Shown: piece after piece, positions 41,278 to 52,243 of the stretch | Position numbering within the stretch: the stretch's first letter is position 1 | How the letters are laid out: the number at the start of each line of letters is the position of its first letter | Assembly (NCBI GenBank): GCA_963754315.1 | Contig: CAVWFS010000010.1 | Location: forward strand, 64,001 to 128,000 | Length of the DNA stretch: 64,000 nucleotides | Source of the DNA: an uncultured Candidatus Rokubacteria bacterium | GTDB lineage: Bacteria; Methylomirabilota; Methylomirabilia; Rokubacteriales; CSP1-6 | Direction of reading: 5' to 3' | Notes under the pieces: model-generated | Database searches by the model: none | The model's input: the letters and a program-made list of their open reading frames with translations, nothing else | What the model was told of the DNA's origin: nothing | Translations under genes and position numbers: made by a program

Positions 41278-44200
41278 CCCGGCTCGTCGACCAGGACGTG
41301 CGCGATCGGATCCGGACGTCTCTCGACGAGAGCATGATCGTCGAGGCGGCGGCGGGCACCGGGAAAACAAGCGAGCTGGTAGCACGGTTGGTCTCGGTGC
41401 TTGCTGAAGGTCGCGGCAATGTCCAGAGTGTCGTCGCCGTGACCTTCACCGAGAAAGCGGCCGGCGAGCTGAAGCTACGGCTGCGGGTGGAGCTGGAGCA
41501 GGCGCGCCAGGAGGCCCGGCCGGGCTCAGCAGAGCGGGGCAGGCTCGAGGAAGCGGTGGCCCACCTGGAAGAGGCGCACGTGAGCACGATCCACGGATTC
41601 TGCAACGAGCTTCTGCACGAACGTCCCGTGGAGGCGCTCGTGGACCCGCGGTTTCAGGTGCTGACCGAGCCGGAGGCGGAGGCCCTTTACCGTCGGGCCT
41701 TCGACGGCTGGGTCGAGGCGGAACTGGAGCGGCCACGGGAGGGGCTGCGGCGCGGGCTTCGCCGCCGGGCGGCCCTCGATGATGGGGACCCACTCGAGCG
41801 GCTCCGGCGTGCTGGCTGGACACTCGCCGGCTGGCGGGACTTTCGCGCACCGTGGCGCCGGGAGGCATTCGCGCGGGAGGCCGCCATCGACGAGCTGATC
41901 GAGCGCGTGCATGCCTTGCGTGATCTGCTGCGCGCGTGTGCGACTCCGGCCGACGGCCTCTACGCCGACACGTGGCTGGCGCGCCGCATCAGCGACGACG
42001 TGCGCGTGAGTGAACCCCTGATCCCGCGCGACTACGACGGGCTCGAGGCGGCCCTGGTCGAGCTGGCCCGCAGCCGGCAATTCAGGCGTCCGCGCAAGGG
42101 CTACGATCGCAATTACCGAGGTGGTGTCACGCGCGAAGGAGTCTTGGGGGCGCACGCGCTCCTCTGCACGGCACTCGACGACTTTGCTCGACGGTCCGAT
42201 GCCGACCTGGTAGCGCTCCTCCAAGGGGAGCTGTTCGCCACCGTGGACGCCTACACCGCCCTCAAGACGCGGGCGGGGTGTCTTGACTTCCTCGATCTCC
42301 TGCTCCGAACGCGTGACCTCGTGCGAGACCGCGCTGATGTCAGAGCGGAGCTGCAACGGCGATTCAGCCACATCTTCGTCGACGAGTTCCAGGACACCGA
42401 TCCGCTCCAGGCCGAGATTCTGCTGCTCCTCGCCGGCACCGATCCGAGCCTCGTGCGCTGGCGCGATGTCGTCCCGGTCCCCGGCAAGCTATTCGTGGTG
42501 GGAGACCCCAAGCAGTCAATCTATCGGTTCCGCCGGGCCGACGTCGGTATCTACCAGGAGGTGAAGCGCCTCCTGAGTCGCCGTGGCACCGTCGTGGTGG
42601 AGCTGACCTCGAGCTTCCGCGCCATGCCAGCCCTGCAGCGACTGGTCAACGCCGCGTTTGGGCCGCGCATGGTCGAGGATCACGCCACGCTCCAGTCGGG
42701 TTACGTTCCGCTCGCACCGTATCGCGCGGAGCGCTCTGGCCAGCCAAGCGTGGTGGCGCTGCCGGTTCCGCGCCCTTACGGCCGATGGAGCCTCACCAAG
42801 ACCGCCATCGAAGCGTCGTTGCCCGACACGGTCGCCGCATTCGTCCACTGGCTCATTGAGAAGAGCGGCTGGCGCGTGACGGAACGAGACCGGCCCGGCG
42901 AAGAGATCGCGGTGGCGGCCCGCCACGTGTGCGTGCTTTTTCGCCGCTTCACCCAGTGGGGCGCCGACGTGACCCAGCCCTATGTCGAGGCGCTCGAGGC
43001 TCGGGGGATTCGCCACATGCTGGTGGGCGGCAAGTCGTTCCACCAGCGTGAGGAGGTCGAGAGCCTGCGCACGGCCCTCACCGCCATCGAGTGGCCGGAC
43101 GACGATCTCGCCGTCTACGGGGCTCTGCGTGGCCCCCTATTTGCGGTGGGAGACGAGGCCCTACTCGAATACCGAGAGCGCGTCGGCCGCTTGCATCCTT
43201 TCCGCGTCCGTCCCCCGGGTGAGGGTGAGCCCATGGCCCCCCATCTGACACCGGTCGTGGAGGGGCTTCGGTTACTGGCCGAGCTGCATCGCCGTCGCAA
43301 CGTTCGTCCGGTCGAAGAGACGATCGCCGCGCTGCTCACCGCGACCCGGGCTCACGCCGCGTTCATCCTTCGTCCCTCTGGCGAGCGGGCGCTCGCGAAT
43401 GTCCTCCGGGTCGCGGAACTGGCCCGCCAATGGGAGGCGTCGGGCGGGATCTCGTTCCGTGGCTTCGTTGAGCAGCTGGCCGAGCAGAGCGAGGGTGAGG
43501 CAACCGAGGCGCCCGTGGTGGAGGAGGGGAGCGAAGGGGTGAGGATCATGACCGTGCACCGCGCCAAGGGGCTCGAGTTCCCGGTCGTGATCCTTGCCGA
43601 CATCGGCGCGAACGCGACCGCTCAGAATCCCGATCGCTTCGTCGACAGCGAGCGCGAGCTCTGCGCGGTGCGACTGACGGGCTGGTCGCCCTGGGACCTC
43701 ATCGATCACGAGGCGGAGGAGATGGCACGCGACCGCGCGGAGGGCGTGCGTCTGGCGTATGTGGCGGCAACCCGCGCGCGTGATCTATTGGTGATTCCAG
43801 CCGTGGGCGACGATCCGTTCGCCAACAACTGGGAGTCGGCGCCCGAGAGCTGGATTGCGCCAGTTCAGCAGGCTGTCTATCCCCCGGCTGAACGACGGCG
43901 CGCCCCCCAGCCTGCTCCCGCCTGTCCGCCATTCGGTGAGGATAGCGTTCTCGAGCGGCCAGATCGTGAGACGCCTGGCCGTGACAACGTACAGCCGGGA
44001 CTTCACGTGCTCGGAAGGGTGGCCGCCGAGGCATATCCGGTCGTCTGGTGGGACCCGCGCGTGTTGACGCTCGGCGTCCAGCCGCTCTTCGGCCTGCGCC
44101 GCCAGGATCTCATCGAAGAGCCTGCACCCGAGGTACTGGCCGCCGACCGGCAAAGCTACGCAGAGTGGCAGCGGACGCGCGAGGCGACGCGAGAGCGCGG

Positions 44201-44832
44201 CGCGCAGTCCGACGTTCACCGTGCGCACGGTGACCGCGTGGGCGCAGGGCGCCACGCCTGGCGACGCCGGTGAGCACGCTACCGCCGGCGAGTCCGCGCG
44301 GGCTTCCCACTCCGGTGAAGAGCCGGTGTCCGCGGCCGACGCGGTGGCCGTGGACGTATTGGACGTCGTCGCGGCCACCCGCATCGTCCGGCCGACCGGA
44401 CCTCGTTTCGGAACCCTCGTGCACGCGATCCTGGCCACGGTGGCGCTCGACGCCCAGCATGACGCGATCGCAGAGATGGCACGAGCGCAGGGGCGCATTC
44501 TGGGGGCGACACCCGAAGAGGCGCTGGCAGCGACGGTGCTCGTGGAGGCTGCCCTCGCCCATCCACTCCTCGCGCGCGCCCGGGAGGCGTGGCGCCGAGG
44601 CCGCTGCCGGCGGGAGGCTCCCGTCACGGGCGTCCAGGCGGACGGCTCGATCCTCGAAGGCGTGCTGGATCTGGCCTTCGAGGAGGACGAGGGTTGGACA
44701 GTGGTCGACTTCAAGACCCAGGCCGAACTGGTCGGGCCGCTCGCCCGCCACCGTCGACAGGTCGCCGCCTATGCCTCGATGGTGGCGCGGGTCACTGGGC
44801 GTCCGGCCCGGGCCGTGCTGCTGCGGCTATAG
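41274..44832 (+). CDS. addA: AddA-like UvrD helicase/nuclease, frameshift at ~44208
   Basis: EAAAGTGKT, VTFTEKAA, STIHGF, VDEFQDT, VGDPKQSIYRFR, TVHRAKGLEF, YVAATRA. RecB-type nuclease GVLDL...VVDFKT...QVAAY in ORF 44221-44832. Confidence 0.85.
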
Positions 44833-45711
44833 AAAGATGCCCGGGGTTTTCGGATCCGCCGAGAGCTCCATGAGATCCTCGCCGAAGACGATCACGCCGC
44901 CGTACACCTTGGCCATCTCGGCGATCACGCGTTCCCGAACTCCGGGCAGATCGAACTGATTGTAAATATGCGAGGCCACCAGGCAGCGCACTCCGGCGGC
45001 GGCCGCGGTTCGGGCGGCCTCGAGGTGGCCGCTCGTGCCTGTCCGGGTGGCCTGATTGTCGACCGAGCCCGTGATGTGTGAGCACATATGGATGAGCACG
45101 TCGCACCCTTCCGCCAGCTTCTCGAGCGCTCGACTCGGCCCCGTATCCCCCGTGTACACCATGGAACCTGAGTCCGAATCGAGCCGAAGAGCGAGGCAGG
45201 TGAGATAGGGCTGAGCATGCGGAACCTCGGTCGCCCGTACCCGCCAGTGATCCGTTTCGATGACGCTTTCCTTGCCGATCTCGGTGACGTCCGGTGCCGG
45301 TGGACGTCGCGGTTCCTGGCCGCCCCGGGCCCGGTACACGTGCAAGCTCGCGTCCCACTTGGTCCGTGCTTCGATGTCCGGGCCGAGAACTCCGTCCGGT
45401 CCAATCAGCCTGTCGATCAGTCTTTTGATCGGTGGTGGACCATAGACCTTGAGCTCGGGTATCTGGGCGGCGCCGTGGTCCCATCGGGTCAGCAAGAGCC
45501 GTGGAAAGTCGATGAAGTGGTCATAGTGTAGGTGCGAGAAGAAGGCGTGGGTGACATCGGTCGCCCGTGTCCCCGTTTGCAAGAGCCGATGATGGCTGCC
45601 CGGCCCATGATCGAAGACGATGACGTCGTCGCCGAGAGAGACCATGTAGCCGGGGCCCATGCGCTTCAACGAGGGGGCAGGGTTACCCGTGCCCAGCAAC
45701 GTGATCTTCAT
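44827..45711 (-). CDS. MBL-fold metallo-hydrolase (RNase Z-like family)
   Basis: ITLLGTG, FDHGPG, SHLHYDH, YTGDT, VASH. Confidence 0.88.
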   Translation of the reverse strand: MKITLLGTGNPAPSLKRMGPGYMVSLGDDVIVFDHGPGSHHRLLQTGTRATDVTHAFFSHLHYDHFIDFPRLLLTRWDHGAAQIPELKVYGPPPIKRLIDRLIGPDGVLGPDIEARTKWDASLHVYRARGGQEPRRPPAPDVTEIGKESVIETDHWRVRATEVPHAQPYLTCLALRLDSDSGSMVYTGDTGPSRALEKLAEGCDVLIHMCSHITGSVDNQATRTGTSGHLEAARTAAAAGVRCLVASHIYNQFDLPGVRERVIAEMAKVYGGVIVFGEDLMELSADPKTPGIFL

Positions 45712-45728
45712 CGGTGCTCCTCCGGGGG

Positions 45729-46646
45729 TCAGGGGCTCGAGGGGCGATAGCGGCGCTGCACGAGCATGTTGGCGGCCGCCGTCAGGATCAAGGTCGCGCT
45801 CATCAGGATGAAGGACACCGCGGCGCCGAACGGCCAGTTGCTCTTCGCCGCAAACTGAACGTAGACGAGAGGGCCCATCATGACGAACTCGGGCCCGCCC
45901 AGGAGGACTGGGGTGGCGTAGGCGTTCATGGTGAGGATGAAGCAGAACATGGCGCCCGCCACGAATCCGGGCAGGGCCAGAGGCCAGAGAACGCGGCGAG
46001 CCATGGTGAAAGGGCCGGCCCCCAGGCTGAAGGCGGCTTCCTCGACCGCCCGGTCGATGCCTTCGATCACGCTCTGCAGGGTCAGCACCACGTAGGGGAG
46101 GTTGACGGCCAGGATGCCAACGATCACGGCGAACTCCGTGTACATGAACCGCAGCGGCTCCGTGGTGAGGCCGATACCCTGCAAGGTGACGTTCAGGAAG
46201 CCTCGGTTCCCGAACACGGTCATCCAGCCCGCCGCCCGCACGGCGTTGCCGACGAACAGCGGTAGCACGATCAGCATGATCATGACGTTTTTGAAACGGC
46301 TGCGCGTGCGCGCCACGGTGTAGGCGAGCGGCAGGGCGAAGATCAGGCAGAGGACGGTGACGATCACGGCCACCCGCACGGTGCGGTAGAAGGCCGCGAC
46401 GTAGTAGGGGTCGGTGAAGAAGAGGACATAGTTCTGCACGGTCAGAGCTTCAACCATCAACTTGCCCGGGACGAAGGCATTGAGGCTATAGCGGAACAGG
46501 ATCACGATCGGGATGAGAAGGCCGATCGTCACGAAGATGGTGGCGGGCCCCACGAGGAGGGCGGCCGTGGAGAGCCGCCCTCCCCGCCGCTCGCGCGCGG
46601 CGAGCGACCCTAGCCGATCGGCAACTGCCCCCGACGTCAGTGCCAT
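45729..46646 (-). CDS. PotB-like ABC permease
   Basis: EAA loop VEEAAFSLGAG, ATPVLLGG, NWPFGAA. Confidence 0.88.
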   Translation of the reverse strand: MALTSGAVADRLGSLAARERRGGRLSTAALLVGPATIFVTIGLLIPIVILFRYSLNAFVPGKLMVEALTVQNYVLFFTDPYYVAAFYRTVRVAVIVTVLCLIFALPLAYTVARTRSRFKNVMIMLIVLPLFVGNAVRAAGWMTVFGNRGFLNVTLQGIGLTTEPLRFMYTEFAVIVGILAVNLPYVVLTLQSVIEGIDRAVEEAAFSLGAGPFTMARRVLWPLALPGFVAGAMFCFILTMNAYATPVLLGGPEFVMMGPLVYVQFAAKSNWPFGAAVSFILMSATLILTAAANMLVQRRYRPSSP

Positions 46647-46660
46647 CCCACTGCCCTCTC

Positions 46661-47731
46661 CTAGGCGCCCTTGAACTCCTTGTCCCAGAAATCCTTCAAC
46701 TCGGCGGCCCGCGTGGCCAGGAACTCGAGGTCGGGATTGACGAGAAGCTTCTCCTCTTCCGCCGTGAAGCCGATGCGTTTCTTCAGATCGGGAGGAACCG
46801 TCGCGTTCCCGACGACAGGGTTGTAGCCCATGTCGACGGCAAAGCCCTCCTGGGCAGACGGCTCCAGGGCGGCATCGAGGAACGCATAGGCGCCCTCTCG
46901 ATTCGGCGCATTCTTGGGAACGGTGAACCCTGACACATAGGCAATCAGGCCTTCCTTCGGGGCGACGGTCACGATGTTGGCGCCGGCGTTCTGCCATTGC
47001 ACCGCCCGCGCCTTCCACATGATGCAGAGCCCCACTTCCTCGGTCTGCAGCGCCTGGGCGAGCGCCTCGTTGCTCGGATAGATCCGGGGCTTCAGCTTCT
47101 TGAGATCGAGCAGGGCCTTCTTGGCCTTCTCGAAATCGCCGGTCTTGCCGCCCGCCACCAGGGCCGCCGCCATGGTCGTGTACACGTGCTGGATGTCGAC
47201 GATCCCAACCTTGCCCTGGTTCCGGGAATCCCACAGAGAGTCCATGCCCTTCGGGGCGTCCTTGATCAGCTTCGGATTGTAGAGGACGACCTTGCCACTG
47301 TAGATATGCGGCGAGAAGTACGGCGAGTCGGCGATGCTGAACGTCTTGATCACGTTCTTGGCGTTCTTCAGCTTGGACAGATCGAGCTTTTCCAGCACGT
47401 CCGTCGAGCTCAGCTCGGCGACGTCGGTGGCGGTCAGCGCCTGGATATCCGACGTGCCTTTGGGGAGCCGCTTCTCGGCGATGGTCTTGGTCTTGCGCTG
47501 GGTGACCTGGGCTTCGTCGTTCACCACTTCCCAGCCCTTGGGGGTCAGCACCTTGACCGTGATGTGCTTGGTCAGAAGCTTTGCGTAGTCGCCGCCCCAG
47601 GTCGACAACACGATCCGCTTGCTGCCCTGCGCGAAGGCGGGGACGGGACTCAGCGCCTGCACGCCAGCCATGGCGACGGCACCCTTGAGCACGCCGCGGC
47701 GGCTCGGAGAGGGCTTTGACAATGTGGTCAT
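46661..47731 (-). CDS. PotD-like substrate-binding protein with Tat signal
   Basis: Strong RBS GGAGGAGG, then [17 protein letters not shown] (twin-arginine), STWGGDY, APKEG. Confidence 0.85.
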   Translation of the reverse strand: MTTLSKPSPSRRGVLKGAVAMAGVQALSPVPAFAQGSKRIVLSTWGGDYAKLLTKHITVKVLTPKGWEVVNDEAQVTQRKTKTIAEKRLPKGTSDIQALTATDVAELSSTDVLEKLDLSKLKNAKNVIKTFSIADSPYFSPHIYSGKVVLYNPKLIKDAPKGMDSLWDSRNQGKVGIVDIQHVYTTMAAALVAGGKTGDFEKAKKALLDLKKLKPRIYPSNEALAQALQTEEVGLCIMWKARAVQWQNAGANIVTVAPKEGLIAYVSGFTVPKNAPNREGAYAFLDAALEPSAQEGFAVDMGYNPVVGNATVPPDLKKRIGFTAEEEKLLVNPDLEFLATRAAELKDFWDKEFKGA

Positions 47732-48826
47732 GGTTTTCCTCCTCCTTGTTCTCGTTCGTTGTCGCGGTGGGCCGACGTCGTCGGCCAACACGGCGGCAGC
47801 GCTGGCCGGCCAGCCCACGTCGATCGTATGCCCCTCCTGGGGCAACTGGACGTCGGCGCGATTGGGCTGGCTGACCACCACACGGTCGGTCGACGACACG
47901 CGCACGTGGATGTCGATCGTTGCCCCGAGATAGGACACGAGCTCAACCTTGCCGCTCATCCTGTTCTCCAGGCCCTCCACCCCCGGCCCCAGCACCAGCC
48001 GCTCGGGGCGCAGCGCGAGCACGCCGGGGCCAGGGACGCCGTCCAGGCACTGGATGACGATGCCGCCGGCGGTGCGGAACTGCCCGGGCGCGGTCACCGT
48101 ACCGGACAGAAGGTTGCTACGTCCGACGAAGCCTGCCACGAAGCGGTCGGCCGGGCGCTCGTACAGGTCGCGCTGTGAGCCGACCTGACGCACGGAGCCT
48201 TCCGACATCACGACGAGCCGATCCGCCATGATCAACGCCTCTTCCTGATCGTGGGTCACCATGACGGTGGTGATGCCGAGCTGATGCTGCAGCTCGCGGA
48301 TCTCCACCCGCACCGTTTCACGGAGCTTGGCGTCCAGGTTGGAGAGGGGCTCGTCCAGGAGCAAGACGTCCGGGCGAATGACCAGGGCGCGCGCCAGCGC
48401 CACTCGCTGCTGCTGCCCGCCCGAGAGCTGGCGCGGGAGGCGTTCGCTCAGTCCGCCCAGCCGTACCAGGCGCAGGACGTCGGCGACCCGCGAGGCGACC
48501 TCTGCGCGGGGCATCTTGCGCATCTCGAGCCCGAACGCCACATTCTGGGCAACCGTCAGGTGCGGGAAGAGCGCGTAGCTTTGGAACACCATGCCGGCAT
48601 TGCGTCGCCAGGGCGCCTGGGCGGTGACGTCCTGGCCGCCCAGGCGCACGCGGCCCGCGGTCGGCGCCACGAAGCCGGCGATCATGCGCAAGGTTGTCGT
48701 CTTTCCACAGCCGCTTGGTCCCAGCAACACGACGAACTCGCCATCGCGCACGTCAAGCGAGACATCGTCGACGGCGATCGTCGCCCCGAAATGCTTGGAT
48801 AGGCGATCGAGCTCGAGCCGCGCCAC
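47728..48826 (-). CDS. PotA-like ABC ATPase, probable indel near the 3' end
   Basis: [39 protein letters not shown]-like tail. An alternate frame stops at 47728, overlapping the SBP ATG. Confidence 0.88.
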
Positions 48827-48829
48827 GCT

Positions 48830-49645
48830 TCACACCACCCGTGACAGCTTCACGAAGCGGTCCGTGATCACCATGGCCCCACCGATGAGCAAGATCTGCA
48901 GCACCGACACGGCGGCGATGGTCGGATCGATGCGGTATTCGAGGTATTGCAGGATCGTGATGGGCAAGGTGGTCCGGCCGGGGCCAACCAGGAACATCGA
49001 CATCTCGAGATTGCCGAACGACACCACGAAGCCGAACAGCGCCGCTGCCACGATGCCCGGGCGGATGGCGGGCATGGTGATCCGAAGGAAGGCCATCAGG
49101 GGAGTCGCTCCGAGATTCTGGGCGGCCTCCTCGAGGCTGCGGTCGAAGCCAGTCAGACTGGCGCTCACCAGGCGTACGGTCCAGGGAATGACGATCAGGA
49201 CGTGCCCCGCCACCAGCCCGGCCATCGAGCCAAGGATGGGCAGATCGGTGGCCATGGTGGCCTCCACGTGGAACACGTAGAGCGAGGTCCCCAGCACGAT
49301 GCCCGGCACAACCAGGGGCAGCAGGAGCAGGTTCCCCAGCGGTTCTCGGCCGGGGAAACGGTAACGGGCCAGGCACAACGCCCCGGGCACGCCCAGGGCC
49401 AGACCGATGCACATGGCGGCGAGGGCCACGCGAAGGCTGAGCCAGAACCCGTCGACGAACCGCGGATTGTCGCGGATCGACATGAACCACTTGAGGCTGT
49501 ACCCGCGTGGTGGAAACGAAGGGATGGCCTGCTCGAAGAAGGCGAGCCAGACGACGAACACAAGTGGAAGGAGGATAAAGGCCAGGGTGCCGCCGGAGGC
49601 GGCCGTGAGCACCCACCTCCCCAGCCTGCGGGGCGTCCGGATCAC
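48830..49645 (-). CDS. PotC-like ABC permease
   Basis: FPPRGYSLKWF, LEEAAQNLGA, TTLPI, DPTIAAVS. Confidence 0.88.
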   Translation of the reverse strand: MIRTPRRLGRWVLTAASGGTLAFILLPLVFVVWLAFFEQAIPSFPPRGYSLKWFMSIRDNPRFVDGFWLSLRVALAAMCIGLALGVPGALCLARYRFPGREPLGNLLLLPLVVPGIVLGTSLYVFHVEATMATDLPILGSMAGLVAGHVLIVIPWTVRLVSASLTGFDRSLEEAAQNLGATPLMAFLRITMPAIRPGIVAAALFGFVVSFGNLEMSMFLVGPGRTTLPITILQYLEYRIDPTIAAVSVLQILLIGGAMVITDRFVKLSRVV

Positions 49646-50466
49646 CCCCACAGCTCCGAGACCGTGGCAACTCGGCGGCCCCACCACTCGGGTCCCTCGC
49701 GCACGTAACTCCACTCCGGGTTCTGCTCGCGATCGCGGAGCCCGCTCATGACTGTGCGAAAGACGGGCGCGTGGGCATCGGCGAACTCGAAGTAGCCGAT
49801 GAAATCGTAACCGTTGCCGAGACCATAGCCGTCGGGGTGGTGCACCAGCCGACGGGTAATGCAGGGAATGCCCGCGGCCGAGGCGAGGGCATGCCCCTGC
49901 GCAACGAGCTTCCCGCGCTCGTCGTAGCGCGGCAGGAAGAAGCTCTCGCGGCGCATCCAGTCCATTGCCCACCATTCTGGGGTCTTGTTCTGCGGCGTTA
50001 CCACGCCGACGGGACAGGCCGCCCCCGGCCGGGGCGGGAGCGCGTGCGCGTACGCGAACTGGGTCATGGCGTAGCTCGTGTAGCTCCGCTCCTTGCTGAT
50101 GCCGGCCCGTGTATGGACGGAACCGCCGCGTCGCTCCACGAGCCCGCGCAGCTGGCGCTCATAGGCGGCGAGCGGCTCGCGCGTGCGCCCCTCCAGGCGG
50201 ACGAGGATATTGGCCCCGCTCATGCCGGCATCGGGCACGTCCCATTCGGTCGCGGGGGACGCCGCCCGGAGATATTGCAGGCGACCCTGCCTCGCTGCGC
50301 GTTCGCTCGGGTGGCCGTCCACGTCGTGCATGTTCTCCAGGGGAGCTCCGATGGCCTCGAGAGAATCGATCAGCTCACGATCGGCACGCTCCCGGGGAAG
50401 GTGAACGAAGAGGAATGAGCCGTATCCACGGATCTCTGTCGTCATGTTCAGTGCCGCGGCGTCCAC
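49642..50466 (-). CDS. Chlorite dismutase-like (Cld/CDE superfamily) heme protein
   Basis: TPQNKTPEWWAM..RR...GH...ITRRLVH...YDFIGYFEF...LRD...EWSYVRE resembles the clade-2 Cld pattern. GTG 50466 follows AAGGAG (alternative start ATG 50445). Confidence 0.62.
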   Translation of the reverse strand: MDAAALNMTTEIRGYGSFLFVHLPRERADRELIDSLEAIGAPLENMHDVDGHPSERAARQGRLQYLRAASPATEWDVPDAGMSGANILVRLEGRTREPLAAYERQLRGLVERRGGSVHTRAGISKERSYTSYAMTQFAYAHALPPRPGAACPVGVVTPQNKTPEWWAMDWMRRESFFLPRYDERGKLVAQGHALASAAGIPCITRRLVHHPDGYGLGNGYDFIGYFEFADAHAPVFRTVMSGLRDREQNPEWSYVREGPEWWGRRVATVSELWG

Positions 50467-50531
50467 TTGGAGCTCTCCTTCTCGTGCGCTGATCGATGCG
50501 TGTCGCTCGCTTCCGGCCCGGGCGGTTCGCC

Positions 50532-50927
50532 TTACTCGGACCGTGCCAGGACGTGGGATGCGTGGTGGTGAACCATTCGCCACCCGTCGGCGTGGCGCTC
50601 GAAGACGTTGGTAGCCAGGATGGCGGTCACGGACAACCGGCCCTGGACCTCGGACAGGATGTTCTCCGTGCAGGTCACCCAGGCAGCATCGCCGGCGACC
50701 ACCACCCGCACGTCGGAGATGGTGAAGCGCATCTCCTGGGTGTTGGCAAAGATGTTCTCCCAGGAGGTGCGGACGGCCTCCCAGCCAGTGAGGAGCGGCC
50801 AGCCCGGGTGCACGCACTTGACGTGGTCGCCGTGGGCCCACACGGCGGCCATCGCGTCAGGGTCGAGGGCCTCGAAGGCGCGGTAGAAGCGCGCGTTTGT
50901 GTCGGCGACCTCGCGCTCGTCACTCAC
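50532..50927 (-). CDS. SnoaL-like/NTF2-family protein
   Basis: NARFYRAFE, CVHPGW, AWVTCTE, ATNVFE, WRMVHHHAS. Confidence 0.88.
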   Translation of the reverse strand: MSDEREVADTNARFYRAFEALDPDAMAAVWAHGDHVKCVHPGWPLLTGWEAVRTSWENIFANTQEMRFTISDVRVVVAGDAAWVTCTENILSEVQGRLSVTAILATNVFERHADGWRMVHHHASHVLARSE

Positions 50928-50945
50928 GGGCTCAGGCCAGTGGCC

Positions 50946-52109
50946 TCAGGCCTCCGGGAAGACCACGAGGGCCCCCGTGTAGTTGTGGAAAAAGTTTTGG
51001 CGGCCGATCGGCGCGAACTCGCCGTTTCCGAAGAATCCGACCAGCGGAAATTCGCCGAGGTGCTGACGAATCAACGTGACATCGTGGTCGGGGGCGCCGA
51101 AGAGGCCGCGCCCGCGGCCGGCGCAGTTGAAGTAGCAGCCGAAGGCTGCCCGGCGCCCGGCCAGGCGCGTCGTGAGCTCTTCGAGCATGGCGCGCAGATC
51201 CTGGTCCGCCGCCTCGGCGTCGCGAATTTGAAACTGCACGGTCTGCCCCACGCGCACGCGCTCGCCCACGGCGAGCGCCCCGCTTGCCTGATCGGCGCCG
51301 ATGAGGTTGCGCACGAGGAAGTCGCCCCGCTCGAGCGGCGATTTGGCAGGGTCCATGGCGAGCCCGGCGAATACGCCGGAGCGTCGAATGCGGTCGGCTG
51401 CGCCGGGCAGCGCGCGAATGGCGTCTTCGAGCATCTGAAGCGCCGGACGATTCCCGATGTGCTGGATGACATTGGCGTCGGCGCGCGTGATGACGAAGGG
51501 CTCGCCGATCGGCGCGCAGCCTTGCGCCACGCCGATAAGGGGCGCCAAGCCGGAGAGGGCGACGCCGACCAGCGCGCCCTGAGCGGCCTCTGTGTTGTAC
51601 AGCTCGAACATCGGCGTGCCTGCCGCCACCGCTCCCAATACCGGCACGAAGCCGAGCATCTCGTGAATCTGGGCGAGCAGCGCGGGCGGATTGCACCCCA
51701 TCGCATCCGGAAGCACGAGCACGCAGCCGCCTTCAGCCACGGTGGCTCCGATCTGCTGCGCCACCTCTGTCCCAAGGTCCTGGCACTCGCCCTGCCGCTC
51801 GAACAGAAAGGGGGTGGCCACGAGGCTCTCGCACCGGACTGCCAGCACGGCCACCGCCGGCGTGTCCTCGATCTCGCGATGGTCTGCCAGGATGCCTGTG
51901 CCGCTGCAGCCCACGACGGTGCGGGCGCCGGTCACCCGGCGGACGGCGTGCAAGGCCTCGTGGGCGCGCGGGTGAGTGTCGCCGGTAACGAAGACCAGTG
52001 CCAGATCGGCTCGATCCGCCCGGCTCCGCTCGAGTGCCTGTAGCGAAGCCTCGAGCGCGGCATTGTCAGCCGACCCTCCGATGGCGAGCCCTGTCCCCGC
52101 AGCGATCAC
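50946..52109 (-). CDS. FIST-domain protein (FIST_N and FIST_C)
   Basis: VVGCSGTGI, VAQGCAPIG, DFLVRNLIG, VQFQIRD, FNCAGRG, GFFGNGE. Confidence 0.88.
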   Translation of the reverse strand: MIAAGTGLAIGGSADNAALEASLQALERSRADRADLALVFVTGDTHPRAHEALHAVRRVTGARTVVGCSGTGILADHREIEDTPAVAVLAVRCESLVATPFLFERQGECQDLGTEVAQQIGATVAEGGCVLVLPDAMGCNPPALLAQIHEMLGFVPVLGAVAAGTPMFELYNTEAAQGALVGVALSGLAPLIGVAQGCAPIGEPFVITRADANVIQHIGNRPALQMLEDAIRALPGAADRIRRSGVFAGLAMDPAKSPLERGDFLVRNLIGADQASGALAVGERVRVGQTVQFQIRDAEAADQDLRAMLEELTTRLAGRRAAFGCYFNCAGRGRGLFGAPDHDVTLIRQHLGEFPLVGFFGNGEFAPIGRQNFFHNYTGALVVFPEA

Positions 52110-52243
52110 GCGGGGACTCTACCACCTTTGACCTTGATCCTTCGGGGCTACGTGCGTGTGTTACCCCTTGCGCTGGCGCGCCGGTGGTGATTCAGTACAG
52201 TCCTCGCCCGACCCCGTCCGCTCGCGAGTCGAAGAGGAACCGG

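Noticed and set aside
36385..44832. Defence island or mobile element
   Set aside because: There is no integrase, transposase, att site or tRNA, and the helicase-nuclease pair fits housekeeping AddAB.
44827..45711. Housekeeping RNase Z (rnz)
   Set aside because: It has the RNase Z-like fold motifs but sits at the end of an ABC import operon, so a small-molecule hydrolase is at least as likely. No gene symbol assigned.
46661..48826. 721-aa apparent ABC ATPase-substrate-binding protein fusion
   Set aside because: The SBP has its own strong RBS and a Tat signal at 47731, and another frame ends in an ATGA overlap at 47728. A cytoplasmic-periplasmic fusion is implausible, so this is probably an indel.
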